Positions 59,298 through 64,000 of a stretch of 64,000 nucleotides of DNA are shown here, piece by piece. The stretch comes from a virus. Each line of letters starts with the position of its first letter. Position 1 is the first letter of the stretch. The notes beneath the pieces were generated by a model, which did not search any database, was not told the DNA's origin, and worked only from the letters and a program-made list of their open reading frames with translations. Location: the IMG/VR virus record IMGVR_UViG_3300027782_000038. One strand, written 5' to 3'. A program made the position numbers and the translations under genes.

Positions 59298-59308
59298 GTT
59301 TTGGTAAA

Positions 59309-59330
59309 CAAGTCTTTCGGGGCTTGCTTT
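59309..59330 (+). terminator. Probable terminator hairpin with TTCG loop
   Basis: CAAGTCT-TTCG-GGGCTTG followed by CTTT. Confidence 0.45.
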
Positions 59331-59425
59331 CTAGTAGTACCTGTAGTATAATATATACTGTAGTTGATTATGAATTAAGTGAAATACTCCGTTAAATACT
59401 CCGTCTATACGAAAGGAAATAAATT

Positions 59426-60313
59426 ATGTCATTCGCAAATCTCAAACGCCAATCAGGCAACCTTGACAAACTCTCAAAAGCAATCGAAGCACTCAATGCC
59501 TCCTCATCCGAAGGTGCATCAGATAAAGAATTATTCTGGCGTCCCGAAGTTGATAAAGTTGGCAATGGTTATGCAGAGATTCGTTTTCTCCCCGCACCAG
59601 AAGTTGATGGTGAGGATTCTCTGCCTTGGGTCAAACTGTTCTCTCATGGTTTCCAAGGTCCAGGTGGTTGGTTAATTGATAACTGTCTCACAACCAATAA
59701 CAAACAATGTCCTGTTTGTGAGTACAATTCTACATTATGGAACTCAGGCATCGAAGCCAACAAAGATGTGGTTCGTAAACAAAAACGTAAGTTGAATTAC
59801 ATTGCTAACGTGTATATCGTTTCTGATCCAAAACATCCAGAGAATGAAGGTCAAGTTAAACTGTTCAAGTTTGGTAAGAAAATCTTTGATAAGATTACTG
59901 AAGCCATGAATCCTGCATTTGAAGATGAAAAGGCAATCAACCCATTTGATTTATGGGAAGGTGCAAACTTCAAGTTGAAGATTCGTAAAGTTGAAGGTTA
60001 TCAGAACTATGATAAATCTGAATTTACATCACAAACTGCGTTATCTGATGATGATGCAAAACTAGAGAAAATCTGGAAAATGGGCAACTCATTGAAATCA
60101 ATGACTGCTGACAAAGAATTTAAATCTTATGATGACCTCAAAGGTCGTTTAGATAAAGTTCTTGGTCTGAACGGTGAAGCACCACGTACTACTGTGGAAC
60201 AAGCTAGAGCATCTGCACCAGCATCACGTCCAGTTGCTCAGGATTCACCAATGCCTGCTGCTTCTGATGATGACGATCTAAGTTATTTTAGTAAGTTAGC
60301 TGAACAAGACTAA
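59426..60313 (+). CDS. 32: Single-stranded DNA-binding protein (T4 gp32)
   Basis: GNGYA.IRFLP, HGF, NC.......CPVC, G.NFKLK, NYDKSEF, acidic tail. Confidence 0.96.
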   Translation: MSFANLKRQSGNLDKLSKAIEALNASSSEGASDKELFWRPEVDKVGNGYAEIRFLPAPEVDGEDSLPWVKLFSHGFQGPGGWLIDNCLTTNNKQCPVCEYNSTLWNSGIEANKDVVRKQKRKLNYIANVYIVSDPKHPENEGQVKLFKFGKKIFDKITEAMNPAFEDEKAINPFDLWEGANFKLKIRKVEGYQNYDKSEFTSQTALSDDDAKLEKIWKMGNSLKSMTADKEFKSYDDLKGRLDKVLGLNGEAPRTTVEQARASAPASRPVAQDSPMPAASDDDDLSYFSKLAEQD

Positions 60314-60333
60314 ATCTAAATAACTGCAACACG

Positions 60334-60371
60334 GCCCACCCCTCTACCGAAAGGCACGGGTGGGTTTTCTT
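60334..60371 (+). terminator. Intrinsic terminator between convergent genes
   Basis: CCCACCC/GGGTGGG stem with inner CC-GAAA-GG, followed by a T-rich run. Confidence 0.7.
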
Positions 60372-62330
60372 TTATACCGTGCGATAATTAGCAAATTGAA
60401 GTTTTCTCATTGTTATGTCAGCAGTTCTTATTGCTGTAAGAACTTCAATACCTATATCTCCACCACCATTATTAATAATGTTTGTGACAGGACTATTCAC
60501 TAAAGCAGTGAGTCCCATAGCCTTTTGAAATTCACTTTCATCATACTGTCCAAGTTTTAACGAAGATTCAGTTGAATCTATTGGTTCAGGTACAGGCGGT
60601 GCCTCTATAGGTGTGTTTTTATTATTCGAATCCATAGGTTTTGTATCAACACCTGTTGCGGAAGATGTATCTTCTTTTAGAAAACCCTTGTTTTTTACCG
60701 TATCAATCCACATTTTTTTAAAAACGGGATCTTCCAAATGTCGAATTGATATCGGATCTTTTCCTAATTTATCCCGTTCTTCATTATATAAATTATAAGC
60801 TTCTTCTTCTGCCGCATTTAATGGACTTTTATATTCAGTTTTTGGTACAGGTGTAGCTGTACTATTGTCTGTTTTTGGTTGAACAACCGGAGATACACCA
60901 GTTTGCGTAGGTGTAACTGGTGCAGTTGAACTTGTATCTTTTGGTGTTGGTGTAACTGGTGCATTTGAACTTGTATCTTTTGGTGTAACAGTTGTAACTT
61001 TTACTGAAGAACCTGCTTCTGCTTTTATCAATTCATCTATATCATCAGGTAATGTTCCGTCACCTAATTTTGAAGGAGTTAACAAAGCCGTTAGTGCGAA
61101 TGTCACAGGATTTTTTGCAAGTACATTTCGAGCTTGAGCTAAATATTCCAATAGTTTTTTTATATCATCTTTAAGTTGTCCTTGTTTTGGTTTATCAATT
61201 TCGTCAGGTGTTAAATCCGGTGGTAGTGGTTGTCCTGGTTTATCTCCTGGCTTTTGACCTGTTGGTTTTGGTTTATCTTTATCAATTTCGTCAGGTGTTA
61301 AATCGTCAAATAAACCACCCATACCTAAACCAGCACCTATGCCGCCGGCCGAAGTTTTTGAAACTTTTTCTGCGGTTGGTTTTGTTTGTTCTTTTTTACC
61401 ACCAAGTTTTCCTAACAAATCATCTAAGAATTTTTGTTTTTCTAATTCTCTTTCTTTTTTGAAGTTATTTTGTAACTCAAATCTCTTTTTTTCTTCTTCA
61501 GCTTGGCGAAATTTAAGATTGTAAAGTTTGGCTAACACATCAGCAATCGAATCACCTTTGGCAACACTTGTTGATCTACCAGGAGAAACTTTACTATGTA
61601 ATACATCCTTTTTTACTCTCTTTCTTTTGCCTGTAGGTTCACTTTGTTTGAAATAAGGTTCTAGTCGTTCAGTAGTTTCTTCTGATACATTTAGATTTTG
61701 TGTACTTGGTCTAATACCCGTAAAATAAGAAATATCTTCTGTACTACGACCAGTAGCACGACCAAATATGGTTGCACCAAGATTTCCACCTAATGCTTTT
61801 GCAATATTAAGTGAGTCGAAATTCTTTTTGAAATCGAATTTTTCTCTGATACCTGTTAGTGTGGCTTTTGTTTTGTCTGATATTGAACCTTTTATAGATT
61901 TGCCGAGACTTTCACCAGAAATCATCTTCTGTGCAATTAAACGTGTTAGTCCAGTTCGTCTTACATCTTCAGCTTCAGCATATTCCCGATCTTTCTTTCT
62001 ATATTCAACAGAACGACCGGTGCCTTTGATAGGTTCTTCTTCTTCTTCTTTAACTTTTTTAACAGATTCTTTTTTAAACTTTTTAATAGCTTCTGTTTTA
62101 GCCTTTTTAGCAGCTTCTTCTTTAGCTTTCTTTTCAGTATCTTCTTCGTAAACATCCGGTGATTCAGGTATTGTATCACCTAATGGTGGTTTACCTAATA
62201 ATACTGATTGATTTTTACTGGCTGCACGACCTAGTCCACCTTTTGTGCCCAAAACAAACCAGTATCCTTTGCCTTTGAAAGCATTAGGATCCCATGCGTA
62301 AACTTCATCTTTTAATTTTTTCGTTATCAT
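60372..62330 (-). CDS. Large low-complexity protein, probably tail/baseplate hub or tape-measure-related
   Basis: Coiled coils, P/T-rich repeats; position convergent on gene 32 as in T4-like genomes. Confidence 0.5.
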   Translation of the reverse strand: MITKKLKDEVYAWDPNAFKGKGYWFVLGTKGGLGRAASKNQSVLLGKPPLGDTIPESPDVYEEDTEKKAKEEAAKKAKTEAIKKFKKESVKKVKEEEEEPIKGTGRSVEYRKKDREYAEAEDVRRTGLTRLIAQKMISGESLGKSIKGSISDKTKATLTGIREKFDFKKNFDSLNIAKALGGNLGATIFGRATGRSTEDISYFTGIRPSTQNLNVSEETTERLEPYFKQSEPTGKRKRVKKDVLHSKVSPGRSTSVAKGDSIADVLAKLYNLKFRQAEEEKKRFELQNNFKKERELEKQKFLDDLLGKLGGKKEQTKPTAEKVSKTSAGGIGAGLGMGGLFDDLTPDEIDKDKPKPTGQKPGDKPGQPLPPDLTPDEIDKPKQGQLKDDIKKLLEYLAQARNVLAKNPVTFALTALLTPSKLGDGTLPDDIDELIKAEAGSSVKVTTVTPKDTSSNAPVTPTPKDTSSTAPVTPTQTGVSPVVQPKTDNSTATPVPKTEYKSPLNAAEEEAYNLYNEERDKLGKDPISIRHLEDPVFKKMWIDTVKNKGFLKEDTSSATGVDTKPMDSNNKNTPIEAPPVPEPIDSTESSLKLGQYDESEFQKAMGLTALVNSPVTNIINNGGGDIGIEVLTAIRTADITMRKLQFANYRTV

Positions 62331-62334
62331 TTTA

Positions 62335-64000
62335 CTATCCTACTGATCGTGTTATATGTGGACCTACAAAACCAGCAACCATAGGATAATCCTGTACATT
62401 AGGAGCAATTAACGTTCTGGGTTTAGATACACTACCTGTCGTAGTTGTTTTTGGATTATTTGTTGCAATAAAATTACCTTGATTTCGTAAATTTTGATTC
62501 TCTGTTGAAATTGAAGATATTTTTTCTCCAGTAGTTTGTGCAGTTTCTTGAGCTGGAACTTGACCAACAGGATTAACTTGTGATAATGCATTGGTTAACG
62601 GATCAACTGGTTTACCTTGTTGTAATATTTCATAATGCAGATGTGGACCTGTACTAGATCCTGTTGAACCCACACCACCAAGTTTTTGTCCTTCTGTTAC
62701 TTCATCGCCGACTTTAACATCTATTGATGATAGGTGAGCATATTTTGTTATGACACCGTTGCCATGGTCAACAACAACCAAATTGCCGTATCCTTGTTTC
62801 TTATCTGCTCCTGGTTGTAGGCCTGCAACAACAACTCGACCTGATTTAGTTGAGTTAACTGGTGTTCCAGGAGTTGCTGGTATATCAATACCCGTATGAT
62901 CAGATTCTTTCCCTGAAAATGGGTCTTTTCTTCGACCAAATCCACTAGAAACGTTAGTGGCTGATGGTGGTTGTACATATTCAGATGCTGTTTTTTCTCT
63001 CAAGTCTATACGATTAACAATGCCTTGTTTATTTTTTGGGTTTGTTTTTAAATAACTTGAAAATGCTGTATCAATATTAGCTCTATCATATTCTGAAACT
63101 TTTTTAATAAAATCGTCAGAGGTTGAAGCTGATGCTGCTGCTTTTAGTGCATTAGATTCATCGTGTTTACCATATTGATTTCTTCTGTCTGACATATACA
63201 GTAAAACTTTTTCATCCGTTGCCAATTTTTCAGGTAACACTTTCAATAAATCAGATTTTAAAGGTGATTGTATGTATTTGTTATACCATGCAAGTTGAGC
63301 CTGTAACATTTCTTGTGGTTTTTCTTTCGCCACTTTCTTCCATTCTGCATCAAATTCTTTTGATGCAATAGTTTCTTTAAAATTAAATTGTGGATTATCT
63401 TTTATAAAAAGTCCAACAGACGATTTATCACCGCCACCCGAATTCAAACCAAGTATACCATAAGAAGAAACTCCCGGTTTTGGATCATTTGGTACAACTT
63501 GGCCAACTCCTTCTATTGCTCGATCAGGAGATAATCCAGTTTCACCTTTGATCGTCAAAGCCGCTGCTGCTGATATACCAGTATTTGTGTTGTTCGATAA
63601 TGAACCATTTGGTTGTCTAGTTGCAGTTGGGTTTTGTGTATTTGATGTAGTTGGTGTATCTTTTTTGTCACCAAAAGTGTTTTCTAACCATTTCTTTTGT
63701 TGTTCAAGAATATTATCTAGCTTTAATCCCACCATTTTTTCCGTATCACCAAGCAATTTATCAAATATTTCATATCCAACTACACCAGCCATTGAACCGC
63801 CAATTAATTTGGCCATTACGCCAGCTTTGCCTTTTCCTAATCCTGTTGGAAGTTTGAAAGATCCAATTCCATCAAAATCACCTCCGCCACCAGAGTCTTG
63901 TATAGTTTCTTCTTTTGGTTTTTCTTCTTTTTTAGTATCTAATTTTTTTAGTATTTCTTTATACTTTCTTTTTTCTTCAAGATCAGATTCTTTTTCAAAA
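62335..64000 (-). CDS. Tail-associated protein with M23 peptidase and an upstream putative lysozyme-like domain; 5' end outside window
   Basis: SSGFG.R, HTGID, YGN.V.VDH, YAHL, STGPHLHYE; frame is open from 63816 to the window end. Confidence 0.85.
   Translation of the reverse strand, partial: FEKESDLEEKRKYKEILKKLDTKKEEKPKEETIQDSGGGGDFDGIGSFKLPTGLGKGKAGVMAKLIGGSMAGVVGYEIFDKLLGDTEKMVGLKLDNILEQQKKWLENTFGDKKDTPTTSNTQNPTATRQPNGSLSNNTNTGISAAAALTIKGETGLSPDRAIEGVGQVVPNDPKPGVSSYGILGLNSGGGDKSSVGLFIKDNPQFNFKETIASKEFDAEWKKVAKEKPQEMLQAQLAWYNKYIQSPLKSDLLKVLPEKLATDEKVLLYMSDRRNQYGKHDESNALKAAASASTSDDFIKKVSEYDRANIDTAFSSYLKTNPKNKQGIVNRIDLREKTASEYVQPPSATNVSSGFGRRKDPFSGKESDHTGIDIPATPGTPVNSTKSGRVVVAGLQPGADKKQGYGNLVVVDHGNGVITKYAHLSSIDVKVGDEVTEGQKLGGVGSTGSSTGPHLHYEILQQGKPVDPLTNALSQVNPVGQVPAQETAQTTGEKISSISTENQNLRNQGNFIATNNPKTTTTGSVSKPRTLIAPNVQDYPMVAGFVGPHITRSVG

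Noticed and set aside
59379-59675. Alternative-frame ORF overlapping gene 32
   Set aside because: No SD, starts within the leader repeat, and overlaps a highly conserved domain; likely chance
2766-62978. Numerous short antisense or alternate-frame ORFs in the track (e.g. 2766-3014, 20175-20561, 25608-25961, 49687-50055, 61768-62151)
   Set aside because: Shadows of well-supported genes with no SD, motif or composition signal
1-64000. Stop-codon reassignment
   Set aside because: Core genes are full length in the standard code and end in TAA, TGA or TAG

Overview
A 64-kb segment of a large T4-like (myovirus) dsDNA phage genome, AT-rich and almost entirely + strand. A freshwater betaproteobacterial host is inferred, not shown. 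Order: gp41 helicase (partial); DUF4338 gene; a glycosyl/methyltransferase cluster behind a T4 late promoter; a late cluster of putative internal-head proteins with T4-type capsid-targeting N-termini (His-rich ligase-like, nuclease-like and cytidyltransferase+kinase proteins, modular polyproteins); lysis cassette (spanins, GH19 endolysin, holin); primase, thyX, NTP-PPase, nrdAB, GIY-YIG nuclease, RNase H; a ~27-kb early/accessory region of small ORFs driven by sigma70-type promoters that carry a helically phased TGTTG-N8-CAACA palindrome; four free-standing homing endonucleases; denV-like gene, phoH, exonuclease; a circularly permuted two-piece tmRNA (tag ANDESFALAA) with a GIY-YIG gene between its promoter and the RNA; gp33, gp59, gp32; and two convergent tail/baseplate-type genes (one with an M23 peptidase). 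Best candidates for new biology: the capsid-delivered His-rich ligase/kinase/nucleotidyltransferase/nuclease kit, the phased early-promoter operator regulon, the six-copy MNER...FAELI...FGVEE cassette family, an overprinted gene, and a ribosome-rescue pair (permuted tmRNA plus an ArfA-like peptide). All family assignments come from motif recognition by eye, not from database searches.
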